From assembly GCA_965112735.1 (NCBI GenBank), contig OZ218959.1, positions 2,914,001 to 2,978,000 on the forward strand: a stretch of DNA of 64,000 nucleotides, in the 5' to 3' direction. Source of the DNA: Phaeosaccion multiseriatum (taxonomy: Eukaryota; Protista; Ochrophyta, other classes). Under the pieces are notes generated by a model. That model was given only the letters and a program-made list of their open reading frames with translations. It was not told the DNA's origin and made no database searches. The translations under genes and the position numbers were made by a program. Shown piece by piece: positions 11,701 to 23,216 of this stretch (its first letter is position 1; the number at the start of each line of letters is the position of its first letter).

Positions 11701-12592
11701 ATCTCCAGGCAAAGCATGGAGCAGGCATCGTCGCTGGCAATTGGAGCGCTTGTTGTCTGTGGAGCAGTCGAAGGCGTGGTAGGTGGAGAGTTGTCATCTG
11801 CTGGACACGGACCAAAGTCGCCGAACGAGCAGTAGCGGCATTCCTGGCTTATGCCAGCAGCATTGCACCCCAGGCCTGTGGCAAACAAGAAGGAAATTAG
11901 CAGTCAGGAGCACGGGGAGGATGGGCGGCGAGGAGTTCACTGAACTCACACTGATCTGACTGAGGGAAGGGGAGGAGAGGACGATTGCGTGTTGTTGGTG
12001 TAGAGAGTAAAGCAAGCAAGGCCATTCCTCGGGCTGGTGGCAACAAGAAGAACTTATCACTCAGCAGGGTCAGGCTATAGTACTTACCCCCATCCGCGCA
12101 CGAAGGGTCCGCAAAGCACGGCTCAACTGGGTTGATGTCCAGGCAGCGAGCAGCGCAGTCAAAATTGTTGTCGTAAGGGAGAACCCGTGCCACTTGCTGT
12201 GGACCCCCACCCGCCGACGTGGGCTGAATAGACCAGAGCAGCCAGTACACAAGCAAAAGAGTGGGGAGGAAAGGGAGGAGCGAGGTGGGCCCATGGTAAG
12301 AGCGTGGGCTTGCTGGATCTGCATCATTCCGCCCATGAAAAAATTCCGCAGGTGACGAAGTAGCTAAGCCAACCTTGCTTCTAGACAGGAAGAACGGGAC
12401 AACAAGACCACCGCAGCAGCCAGCTAAGCAGCTAAGTGGGGGGCTGCGACAGGGCTCAGGGTCAGGAAGAAGCAGGCACCAGCTGTAGCAAAAGAAAGGG
12501 ACGAGAGCCAGTCCACCCACCAAACAAGAATATGAACCCACCTGAACAAGTACTAGAGCGGCGCTGCAGCTCAGCAGCAGCAGATTTTCCAT
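8796..12592 (-). CDS. Secreted Cys-rich / Pro-Thr mucin-like protein built from tandem exon duplications (~11 exons)
   Basis: Signal-like exon MENLLLLSCSAALVLVQ (12592-12542). Three Cys modules (C..C...PC..DPSC / GLGCNAAGISQECRYCSFGDF.PC). Five ~120-nt exons encoding VPATAAPTLAPTTAVPTTAPTT.APTS.PTTAAPTAAPTP. Terminal exon with ~5 C..GL.C..DT.TC repeats. All introns GT-AG. Confidence 0.8.
9470..11880. repeat. Tandem exon+intron duplications (~415-bp units x3; ~503-bp two-exon units x2)
   Basis: Near-identical blocks at ~10920-11880 (period ~414-417) and ~9476-10484 (period 503, two alternating intron types). Confidence 0.9.
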
Positions 12593-12934
12593 CCTTCTCC
12601 CTTGATATAATGGATACACATATAGTGCTGCTGGGAAGCTCCTGCAGGGAACGAAATTTCCGCATTCTTCCCCTTGCTTTTCACTTCCCTCCCCTTCGGT
12701 GTTGAAGCGGGGCCGGCGTGGGGGGGTCCCACTTTCGGCTGGAGGCGAATTTAATCAAACGAGGAATGTCTCTCTATTGTGGTATACAATGTCACAATGG
12801 TACAGCATACATGTCGCAAAACCTCCTCTAAGCACTTTCTCTCTCTCTCTCTCTCTCTCTGGATACATGTAAGAGAAGTGCTTGACCAATTATTGACTTA
12901 CTACGCCATTTGGATCCCGACCCGAGCACACAGA

Positions 12935-13702
12935 ATGGCATCGGCGGCAGCGGCGGCTTTAAAGGCCAGGGATGTGCGCGCCCTATACCGTGCTTGCTTC
13001 CGCCTGAGTCGGTTCATACCTACAGGTCGACAAAGAGCCATCATGTGCAACTATGCCCGCCTTACTTTCCGAAGCGACAATGGGAAGACCCATCAGCAGA
13101 GAATGCAGGATGGGGTGGAGGAACTCTCTTCCATGTCATTTTACCTCGCGGTCAAGGCCGAAGGAAGGAAGAAGGGGGACATCGAGCGAGTTCTGGAGGA
13201 AACGAAGGCGTCCCTTTTCAGTGGAAGAGCAGAGGTTCGGACTGGAGGGGGCGGTGCGCCACCTGCTGGTGGCACCACGCGGGGCCTGCCCAATGCCACA
13301 AAAGCGAGTACCCTTTCTTCGAAAGAGGAGGCAGCGAAGGACTTCATCCAAGGTTGGCTGCAGAGGTGCGTGTCTGGGGAGAGTGATGTCTTTCTTTCGC
13401 TAACCTCTGTCCCGTTCCTCCACACCACCGCAACCTTGCATTCCCCTCGTCACGCACCATTCGTGCCTGCTTCTCGCCGCCCATGCTTGGTGTGGTTGCC
13501 TTGCAGAGCCCTACCGGGAGCAGCAGTGCTGGACATTCAGCGCTACGGCGAGGAGCTGAGGCTCGAGGGCTTCGACTCTGAGGAGCTTCTTCTTCATCTG
13601 CGGGAGTCTGATCTCGACAAATTCGTCGGCAAGGCCGCCCACACAAGGGCCATTCTCCTGCACGCAGCGACAGCAGGCCCCCCAAGCGGTCCGGAGGGAT
13701 GA
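12935..13702 (+). CDS. LYR-motif protein with C-terminal SAM-like domain (one intron, 13366-13506)
   Basis: N-terminal VRALYRACFRLSRFIP...YARLTFR (LYR motif with downstream F). C-terminal FIQGWLQRALP...IQRYGEELRLEGFDSEELLLHLRESDLDKFVGKAAHTRAIL fits the SAM consensus. Confidence 0.7.
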   Translation: MASAAAAALKARDVRALYRACFRLSRFIPTGRQRAIMCNYARLTFRSDNGKTHQQRMQDGVEELSSMSFYLAVKAEGRKKGDIERVLEETKASLFSGRAEVRTGGGGAPPAGGTTRGLPNATKASTLSSKEEAAKDFIQGWLQRCVSGESDVFLSLTSVPFLHTTATLHSPRHAPFVPASRRPCLVWLPCRALPGAAVLDIQRYGEELRLEGFDSEELLLHLRESDLDKFVGKAAHTRAILLHAATAGPPSGPEG

Positions 13703-14517
13703 GGGGAGAGAGGGTGTGGTGGTTTGGTGGTGCCGCACCGAATAAGATGCGCCCAAGTATACCATAGTGTGGTGGCTCTCTCACCCCTGCCCCCTGCCCT
13801 CCATTCCATTCCCACCAGCAGTGGTGAAAGATGGAGCCCCATGAGACACCGAAAGCGGAAGCGCGGTGGGGTGGATGGTCGCCTTTGGTTCGCTTGATTT
13901 GGCGAGAGAGAGCGTGTGTCATCCGCGTCGCGATGAGGTAACTGGCGTGCAGATTATCCCCTTGGAGGGAGGTACGCACAAAAACATCCTGCACGGCGTG
14001 TGCCCCTCGCCAAGGTACCCTCGAGGCTGAGGCTGAGGCTGGGGCTGTACTGAGACTCATACGAGGCTGCAGGGGAGAGGACTAGCCAATCCATTCTCTG
14101 CCAAACCCCCGCACCAGCGTTGTTGCTGAGAGAGCCCGACACACTACGCAGAAGGCCCCCAGGGCGATCGGCACCAAGGGCAGGCAAGAGAGTCGAAGAG
14201 GAAGCAGCATCATGAGCCGAGCCAGCCACAGCCAGATGCACGCTCTGGAGAAGCAGCGTCCGGGCGAAGATTGGGTCCTTATCGTCTTCGCCCCCTTCCT
14301 CTCCCCGCCACGCGCAAGAAAGGGAGGCAGAATCTTATGTACGCTCATCGAAAGGGAAGAAGGACGAAGCCGTGATTTGATTTTTCCTTGGCACCTCGTC
14401 ACACACAGCCTGTACATAACGCTACATGTATTTATTCAGTCGCCCGAGGCCTTGTCTCCCCCCATCACACCAAGGTAGTCATACACCCCTCTGTACACCA
14501 CTGTGGCCCTGCCAATC

Positions 14518-15561
14518 TCATTTGGACTCGCCGTGTTGGCGCAGCTGTGCCAGAGGTGCCTGTAACCCCCCCTCTGCAGTGACGCTCAGCATCACCACAC
14601 CCGAGGCCCGGTCCACAACCTTCGCGTCCTGGCCCGACCCCTGCTCTATTTGAAGCCGTTTGCACGCGTCCTCGACGATGTCCGCGTGATCGAAGGCCAT
14701 GCTGGGAAGCGCAGACAGCGGGAACCATTCAGCCTTGGCAGCATCGTCCCCTGTCAACAGTCAACAACACCAACCAACAGCAACGGGTCGCAGCAGGGTT
14801 ACTTGGCCGTATCTTCTTCCCAAAGCAAGACACGTGACGTTGGATCTGTCATGCAATTCACTTCCGCGGAGGCAGGCAGCCAGCTCGCTCACCTGCAGTG
14901 GCCGTTCCTCCCGCGTGCACATCCTCCTGAACCGACATGAAGGCGACGGTAGTGCACCACTGAGTGGCGACAGACCACAGGGACCACAGGGGAGGGAGGG
15001 GCTTTAGATAGAAATATGATGATGAACGAGAGTATCGCCCCCTTGGTTACCTGGCGAGGGTCGCGGTGAGGCGCACCGTAAGCTCCTATTTGCGCCAAAG
15101 GGGTGTGAACGGAGAGAGCCGTCTCTTCCTCCAGCTCCCTCCTCGCAGCGACCTCCAAGTCCTCCTGCTCATTTACAAACCCACCGGCGAGAGCCCATTG
15201 GCCCTGAAGGCGGAAGGGGGAGGGGTGGTGTTTGTTTGGGCTTTCCTCATTGTACTCTCCACCTCGGCTCACGCACCCCTACCTTGAAAGGATCATTCCC
15301 TCTCTCGATGAGCAGCACCAGCCACTCACGCTTGGGGGAAAGTGCGAAGGGCACGCAATCGACAGTCAGCGCACACTGCGGGTAGTCGTATTGGTATTTC
15401 TTGACGTCTTTTGGAGCGCCCGCCATCTCGGTCATAGGCCTTCGCGTGCTCCCCCACTTCCCCGCGGACTGCAGGCCAACGAACGCGATTGCCGAGTGCG
15501 TGGAGGACAGAAGTCCTGCTGCTGCCGCCGCTCCTGCTTTCACCGCCACCAACCTGCGCAT
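14518..15561 (-). CDS. Nudix hydrolase (ADP-ribose pyrophosphatase/NrtR-like Nudix domain), probably organelle-targeted, 4 exons
   Basis: YDYPQCALTVDCV...VLLIERGNDPFK|GQWALAGGFVNEQEDLEVAARRELEEET (Nudix box), GAYGAPHRDPR, GDDAAKAEWF, MAFDHADIV. Leader ...HSAIAFVG resembles an ochrophyte bipartite targeting peptide. Confidence 0.88.
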
Positions 15562-15704
15562 ATGCTGCGCTGTTCGTCTATCGATGTTCACCCACCCTCA
15601 AGTGTGTAATTTGTAATTCGACTCGCCAACGCGTCGCCATCTGTGCCTGACTCCCTTCGCCGACCGAAGTAGTATTGCACGTGGGCGGGCGGTAGACAAG
15701 AGCT

Positions 15705-16481
15705 ATGGCTGACGCTACGGAGGAAGCTCAAGCTGCTGTCGCACCACCTCCTGTGGCTGTTCCCGTAGCAGCTCCGGATCCAACGCCGGGATTAGCGGAG
15801 GAGTCAACGAGTAGTGTTAGGGAGGGGGAGGGGGATGGGAACAGAGGCGTGAAGCGCCCTCATCCGGACGCTTCTGCCACTGGAGAAGCAGCGGGGGAGC
15901 CTGCGGAGAAGAAGTCAGCAGTGGAAGCTCCATTAGCGCCTTCAGGGGCGACTCTGGCAGCCTCCGCAGCTCCAACAGCAGTCCCAGTGGCCCAAGCCCA
16001 GGCAGCTCCTGTACCGGTGCCAGCACCAGTTCCAGTGGTGGCAGCAGCGATTCCAGTACCAGCAGCAACAGTAGGACAGCAGCTACCCATACCTCAGGTG
16101 AAGAAGGAGACAAAGGCCAAGGAGCCCAAGCTTCCTGCGAGCGTCGTGAGCTGCAACGACATCAGCAAGCTCCCCTTCTCGAAGGGGACCATCAAGAGGA
16201 TCATGAAGCTAGGCGCTTGCACGGAGGGCACCAAGAACGTGTCTGTAGAGGCCGTGCAGCTCATTGGACAGGCCAGGTCCGTGAGTTAGTGAAACCAAGG
16301 GTGGCGGGGGCAACGTTTGCACTTGACGATCTGACTGATTACGAAGTTCATCATCTACTTCTTTGCACGCCTGCTTCCTCCCGCTGCAGGGCCGCGGTGC
16401 CGCCCGCTCCCCACTATCAATCTATACTGATAACACCTTTCTTGTTCTCCCACACACACATGACAACAACATGCAAAATGA

Positions 16482-16525
<44 letters not shown>

Positions 16526-16747
16526 CCAACAATAACGCGACAAACCAACAATGAAAACAGCGTGCTCTTTCTGGAGAGCCTGGCCAAGTCTTCCTCTTCG
16601 CAGGCCGCCGCCAAGAACAGAGCCACCTCTCTCAAGTATCAGGACGTTTTCGAGGCCAGGGCCAGCGACCCCAAGCTGCTCTTCCTTGACATGGTGGTGC
16701 CTGTGACTGCGGCCGTGCTCAAGGACAAGCAGGGCGGCGGCAAGTGA
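15705..16747 (+). CDS. Histone-fold protein (NF-YC/DPB3/POLE4/CHRAC15-like)
   Basis: LPFSKGTIKRIMKL...NVSVEAVQLIGQA|SVLFLESLAK...SLKYQDVFEARASDPKLLFLDMVVP is an H2A-type histone fold. One intron ~16277-16560. Confidence 0.8.
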
Positions 16748-17605
16748 ATGGTGATGAAGCAGTATTTGTAGCAGCCAGTTGGTGAGTGGGGCGGTGGAGC
16801 GTAGCATTTGTGTCTCTCTTGCGTCTCGATTTCAATGCACCCTGCTGTAGGGCAATCATGGCCCCCCGAAAAGTCAAGCTGCTGCTGGCATGCTTTTGTT
16901 ATTATGTTAGCGTAGTAAATCTCAAATATGACTGCTCCATGACCTTCCGTACCACACCCTTCCTGAAACAAATCTGGTGCCCTCTTCCTCAAAACCAATC
17001 GCACCACCACAACAGATGCCTCCACCTCCACTTGCTCTCCCCGCACCTCCTCCCCTTCTTTGAGAACTCTTCAGATTGCGTCTCGCCGCGCACTAAGCTT
17101 TCCACCGTAAGTTGGTCGCCCTCTGCTACGTAAGAGCAGAGCTTTTCTTTTTAATTTAAAAAAAAAAAAATTAAAATTAAAAGTTACAATTATATTTTAT
17201 AAGAGTGGAGCACCACCAAAAGAACTAAAAGGGGATTATTAGCGTAGTGCAGTGCTACTAATGTTACCAAAGACTCTGAGGGTGGTATTGCACTCCCCTT
17301 GCCCACCCCTACCTGAGGAGCGTAACAAAAACGACTCAACTCGGCGATGGAGGCACTTTACAGGGGGGGGAGGGCCCTCTGGGCTGCAAGACACCCTTAT
17401 GTAAGACCCGCATGGCCTTTACGTAAGGAACAGGAGCTTCAGTTTGTTAGGTCTCAACGCGCTGCAGGGCCATAGAGCTGAACTTGATAGAGGTTGCAGG
17501 AGGCAACGATGCCGGCATTCGACTTGTCTCGACGAGGGCAACACGATGCGCACGTTCAAACTCGCTAAAACAGTAGTTTGGGGTGGAAAAAAGGCGTTCC
17601 AACGA

Positions 17606-19419
17606 TCAACAATCAGCTCGAGGGCTAGAGTACTGGGTGTGATTCGTAGACCTTCCATCGGTTAGAGCTTTTGAAGACCCGAGCAAGCTTCTCGCCACCT
17701 CCACGCCGTCTTCGTCACTGCCAACCGTCTGAAGCTCGAGTCGGGACTCGATGAGCCGCAGCGCCTGTTTATACTCCGGGGTGGTCTTGAACTTGGCGAG
17801 GAAGTTGCTGTCCAGCAGTCCGTACACCTCCGTCACAGCCGGATCAAATACGTGTCTCCTGTCTTCCACCTGGGGCGGGGGGGAAGAAAGGACGGAGGAT
17901 GTGGTGAGAGTCAGGCTGACACTGCGCGAGCGATAGCGGTGCTACCCTGCCCTCCCCGTGACCATACCTGGAGACCTGGCGTACGGCCTTCCCTCCCCCC
18001 CCTCCCCTTGCTTCTCACCTTGTCGTTGCTGGAGAAGACCGCCGCATCCATGAGCCTCATCGTCTTGGCACGCATCTTTGAGTTGATGTTCACCTCCATG
18101 TCAGAGAACGGCTGGATGTACGTGCGGCAGATACCCACGTACAAAGCATGGGTGCTGTCCATGCTAGGCTTCTCGGCGGCTCGACGTGGCTCCTGCTGAT
18201 CCTGCTCCTGAAGGGCTATGCCTCCTCCTTCTCCAGCCACAAGCGCCGCATCGTACTGCTCCACCGCCCGGAGGAAATCGAAACTCTCGATGCATATCGC
18301 CCGCCGAAGGAAGTTCTCAAACGGCGCCGCCATTTCAGCACATAGCAGAATGGCTCTGGTGTTGCCAAAGCGGCCCCCATCATGAAGGGTGGTACATGTC
18401 CTTGTCTCGGGAAGCACCTTGCTGTTGCGGCTTCCGAGTCTTGGGGATAGCATTTGCTCTCGGATGTTGCGGTCCTTGATCCACCGCAAATCCCCCCACC
18501 AAAACAACGTCATAATGGGATTCCCGGCACAAAACACTGTAATGAGGTGGTTGATGCTCGTTGACGTGTGGAACGAGTCGCTCAAGTCTGACGCGATGCG
18601 GATCGTAAAGAAGATGCAGCCGAGGACACAAAATATGCTCAAGCTCATCAGCAGCTCCCGTCCGACGAGCAAATCGTCGCTGGAGTCGAAAGCTGCCTTT
18701 GCCGACACGAAGATGAGGCCGACGGTACCCCATACGAACCAGACAGTCAACACCCAAGGCTGAAGCATGTAGCAAAGGCCATCGGGGCCATTGTCGAACA
18801 TGAAGGGCTTCAAAAGAATCACCGCAATGGGTATGGGTGTGATCATCATGGTACACCCGACCACCACCTTCCATGCCCACATCGGATTCATGATATAGTG
18901 GTACTTCTTCCGGGTCTCAGCACCGCTCGTTGCAACAAACATCTTAGCCCCCCGCAAAATGAATGGCAAGCCTGAGACCAAAGGAGGAGGGAGAAGAGGA
19001 GGGGGGAGGCGGGGGGCGGCGGGTAGAGGTGCGTGGGGAGAGAGGGAGGGAGGAGAAAGGGCCCGGCAGCTCAGCAGCTGTAGAGGAAGGACGATCACCA
19101 GCCATCTTCAACCTTGTAGTCAGGCCGACCCCTCAAAATAGGAGGGAACACTTTCCTCACCTGCTCCGGCGAAGGCGCACCAGGCCACCATCACGATGTA
19201 GGCACAGGAAAATGTTGCCTTCTCGAGACGGCGCACCTCACCAAGAAGCAGGGATCCTGCTGTGAAGATAAAGTAGAGACAATGGCACAAAGTCAGGCCT
19301 GGGAACCTCGCCCGGATGAGGGGGCTATGTCTGGACCTCCACAACCAGAGCGCCTTGGGAAGCATCACCGACAGGTAGGCCCCATAGCCAACGACGAGTG
19401 CAATCGACACTGCATGCAT
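17606..19419 (-). CDS. 7TM-RGS protein, copy 1 (3 exons)
   Basis: Seven hydrophobic segments with the RHSPLIRARFP loop after TM1, then an RGS domain FENFLRRAICIESFDFLRAVEQY...YIQPFSDMEVNINSKMR...VFDPAVTEVYGLLDSNFLAKFKTTPEY. Architecture as in Arabidopsis RGS1. Confidence 0.85.
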
Positions 19420-20890
19420 CGTGCTGCCGTCTTTGGGCCCCGCGGAGGATCTGCTCAATTCTTATGTACGCATATTTCTCTTTTTCTCTTTTTTCTCTGG
19501 GGGCAAGGGGGGCAGGCGTTACTTTCATTGACTTCGCACAAATGCCTCCCGCCAAAAACGCTGCTTCAAGATCAGGTCAGCTCAAAAAGAGGAGGAGGCT
19601 CGGCCGCTCTAAGCCGCTCACTTTAAGTCCTAAGCGGCCTCTAGCCCGCCTCTAGGCAGCCTCTAGGCAGCCTCCCCGTGACCCCGGGCACGTGCGTGGC
19701 ACCGCCCTGCTGCCAGTCGTAGAGCTGGAAACCTGCAGGCATGCGCTCCTCGCAGGGCAGGCGAGGCGGAAAGAGACAACGCGGACCTGTGCACGCTGCG
19801 TACATACTCCGGGCTGGACGGCTTCACGGCGCCCCAGGGCGACGACGATGACGCGGAGTTGCTTCAGTGGTGTGGTCTCTCTCAGCACTCCAAGTCATCG
19901 GCCTGCTACGAGCAGGTTAGGCAATCAGCACACGTCAAGATTATTGGAGAGCGATCCGCTCGAGCGGGCGAGCTTGAACCACACGTAGCTAAGATAAGGA
20001 GGTGTAGAGGGGAGAGGGATCTCGTGATGTCGCGCTCAGAGCAGAGGTGGTGGGCCCCGGGGTGGAGGGAGGGAGGGCGAAGCGAGCTAAGCAGGGAGAG
20101 GCAGAAGAGTGAGGGGACAAAGAAGATACATACATAAGCATCTGTAGTACTGTCGTTTGAGAGGGAAAAATTGGGGGGGGGGAGAAAATGAGGCAGCCCA
20201 AGGGGCAAATCCCCCCCCTCGCCTGGTCCAGGCCGGGCAATTTTCCGAAATAGGCCTAGGCCGCTAGGTGTGTCTGGGGCTGATCAAGGGTTAGGTGACT
20301 GGTTTTGGGTTTGCGTTGCCACTTCCTAGCTCATTTCTTACAAAAAGCGCTCGTACAATGGTAGGATCCTGCTTGGATAAGAAGCAAGAGGAGAGAGGAG
20401 AGTCGAGCAAGTTCCCTCTCTTTCTCGTCTCCTTTAGGGGATCTGGACAAAGAAAACGAACGTGACACCGTAAGAGACCGATCTAAGATGGAGATGGGTG
20501 TACGATAGCGGAATAGCGCAGGGCCGCAGAGGAAGTGGGAGCGGGAATCAGCAGCTAAGAAGTACCGTTGGGGTCGGAGAGATAGAGCAGGGTGTGGCAG
20601 TGATAGGTGGGAGAGTGGCGAGGTGGGAATGAGGAGGATTCGCTCTCATGTTTGCTTGCTTGCTATCACTCTCCAGTATACGAGAACGGTAAACGCTCGC
20701 GTCCTCAATCGGCTTGTATTATTTGGCTGCTTTAGTCCCCAAGGGGGGATGACAAGCGTAGCATGATCGACTGCAAGGTGCAGATCATGCCATCACAGTG
20801 TGGCCGCGAAAGCGTGTCCACAGAACTTAATGTACGGTACTCTTGCCCGTACAAATGGAAGATTAGCTGGTTCGCCGGCACCTTCTTTGC

Positions 20891-22676
20891 TCACAATTGC
20901 CTTGGTTCTTCCAACGAGCTTCGAACGGGTTGAGCTCTAGACGACTCGAGTAAGCTTCTCGCCGCCTCCACGCCGTCTCCGGCGGTGCTTGTCACAGGTT
21001 CGAGCTCGGCCTCCTCGATGCGTAATAGCGCCTCCTGATACTGCGGGGTGGTCTTGAACTTGGCGAGGAAGTTGCTGTCCAGCAGTCCGTACACCTCCGT
21101 CACAGCCGGATCGAATACGTGTCTCCTGTCTTCCACCTGGGGCGGGGGGGAAGAAAGGACGGAGGATGAGGTGAGAGTCAGGCTGACACTGCGCGAGCGA
21201 TAGCGGTGCTACCCTGCCCTCCCCGTGACCATACCTGGAGACCTGGCGTACGGCCTTCCCTCCCCCCCCTCCTCTTGCTTCTCACCTTGTCGCTGCTGGA
21301 GAAGACCGCCACATCCATGAGCCTCATCGTCTTGGCACGCATCTTTGAGTTGATGTTCACCTCCATGTCAGAGAACTGCTCAATATAGTTGCGGCAGATA
21401 CCCACGTACAAAGCATGGGTGCTGTCCATGCTAGGCTTCTCGGCGGCTCGACGTTGCCCCTCCTTCTCCTGCTCCTGTAGGGCTATGCCTCCTCCTTCTC
21501 CAGCCACAAGCGCCGCATCGTACTGCTCCACCGCCCGGAGGAAATCGAAACTCTCGATGCATATGGCCCGCCGAAGGAAGTCCTCAAACGGTGCCGCCAT
21601 TTCAGCACACAGCAGAATGGCTCTGGTGTTGCCAAAGCGGCCCCCATCATGGAGGGGGGTGGGTTCCCCTGTCTCGGGAAGCACCTTGTTGCTGCGACTT
21701 CCGCGTCTTCTTGGGCGTAGCATTTGCGCTCGAATATTGGGGTCCCTGATCCACCGCAAATCCCCCCACCAAAACAAACTAAGGATGGGGTTGAGGGCCG
21801 AAAAAACGGTGAATATGTTGTTCATGCTCCTTGTCGCTTCGAAGGAATCGCTGAGGTCAGATACGATGCGGAACAAAAAGTAGATGCCGCCGAAGCCACC
21901 AAAGAGACTGCAGCTGATAAGCAGCTCCTGTCCGACGAACAAATCGTCGTTGGAATGGTAAACTGCCTTGGCCCACGCGAACACCACGCCAACGAGAGCC
22001 GAACAGAGCCCTACAGTAAGTACCCAAGGCTGAAATGCGTAGCAAAGAGCATTAGGGTGGTCGTTGAGGACGAAGGGCTTCCAAAGAATCACAGGGAGGC
22101 AGACTAGGAGTATCATCATCACGGTAGAACCGACCACCATCTTCCATGCCCACGTCGGATTCATGACGTAGCGGTACTTCTCCCGGATGTCAGGACCGCT
22201 CGTGGCAACAACCATCTTGACCCCGCGCAAAATGAATGGCAGGCCTGAGGGCAGTAACAGGAGAGGGAGGAGGAGGGGGGAATCCAAGGCTTGCCATTTA
22301 GCAATTGCAGATGCAGGGAAGCCATAATCTATGGAAAGGGGTGATGGCTCTTGAAACACAGACAGACGGCCCTCACTCAGGCCACAGCCAGGCCCTACTT
22401 GATCCACTCACCAACTACGGTGAAGCCCGCATAGCAACTAATCGTGACCAGGGCACAGCAGCCGGGAAATACCGCATTCTCGAGAAACAGGATTTCTATA
22501 CTTAACGTCCATGCCGCGGTGAATATGAGGTACAGCGTATGGCACAGAGTGAGGCCTGGAAATCTCGCCCGGATAAGGGGGATGTCTCTGGACCTCCACA
22601 ACCACAGCGTCTTGGGAAGAACCACCCAAAGGTAAATCCCGATGCAGACGATGAATGCAATGGAAAGTGCATGCAT
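20891..22676 (-). CDS. 7TM-RGS protein, copy 2 (tandem paralogue, 3 exons)
   Basis: Same exon structure and motifs as copy 1 (RDIPLIRARFP; FEDFLRRAICIESFDFL; EVNINSKMR; VFDPAVTEVYGLL), with intact reading frames. Confidence 0.85.
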
Positions 22677-23216
22677 AGTGCTGCGGTGCTTGTGAGTAGT
22701 TTTGGCTGTTGGCGGCGGGGAAGAACCTCTTCACCATGAATCGGGGGACCCTCCCTCCTCAACAAGACCTCCCTACTATTGATCGCCATCAATAAATGCT
22801 GGCGCCATCCTCGAGGAGACCACCCACGCACATGTACGCGCCCGCCAATCCCCTGCAAGTACTACACTTTGACCCTGGCAGTTACATTCTCATCACCGCC
22901 GTCGGAGTTTTTTTTTCTTCGCCAATGCACACACACACCAATCATGTCGCTATGGTGTGAACGGAGAAGGTAGGGTTTGAGACCATCAGAGGACATGTGG
23001 GGAGAGAGCAGCACGGTTGGTGAGAGGCTGTTGCTTCATCGACCGTGGTATCAAAATCCATTGAGATGTGTCAGTCCAAGCATCGACAAGGAAGCAAGGA
23101 AGCCCCGTATTTGGAGCATGTGAGCAAGTACTCCTCCAACTTCGCTCTTCCAAAGGGCAAACATACCCTCATTGATACCCTCATGTTTCCACTTGTTTTT
23201 GTTTTTCTTCAATAAA

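Noticed and set aside
9470-11880. Regularly spaced repeats resembling a CRISPR array
   Set aside because: Units are whole exon+intron duplications with GT-AG ends and no unique spacers; eukaryotic context, no cas genes.
17140-17270. AT-rich patch with a small hairpin, possible Helitron end or poly(A) insertion
   Set aside because: Too weak; no matching 5' end or TSD; compatible with a terminator region between convergent genes.
19620-20300. Possible gene relic or element between the 7TM-RGS copies (splice-like sites, CCTCTAGGCAG repeats)
   Set aside because: No coherent reading frame, recognisable motif or termini could be supported.
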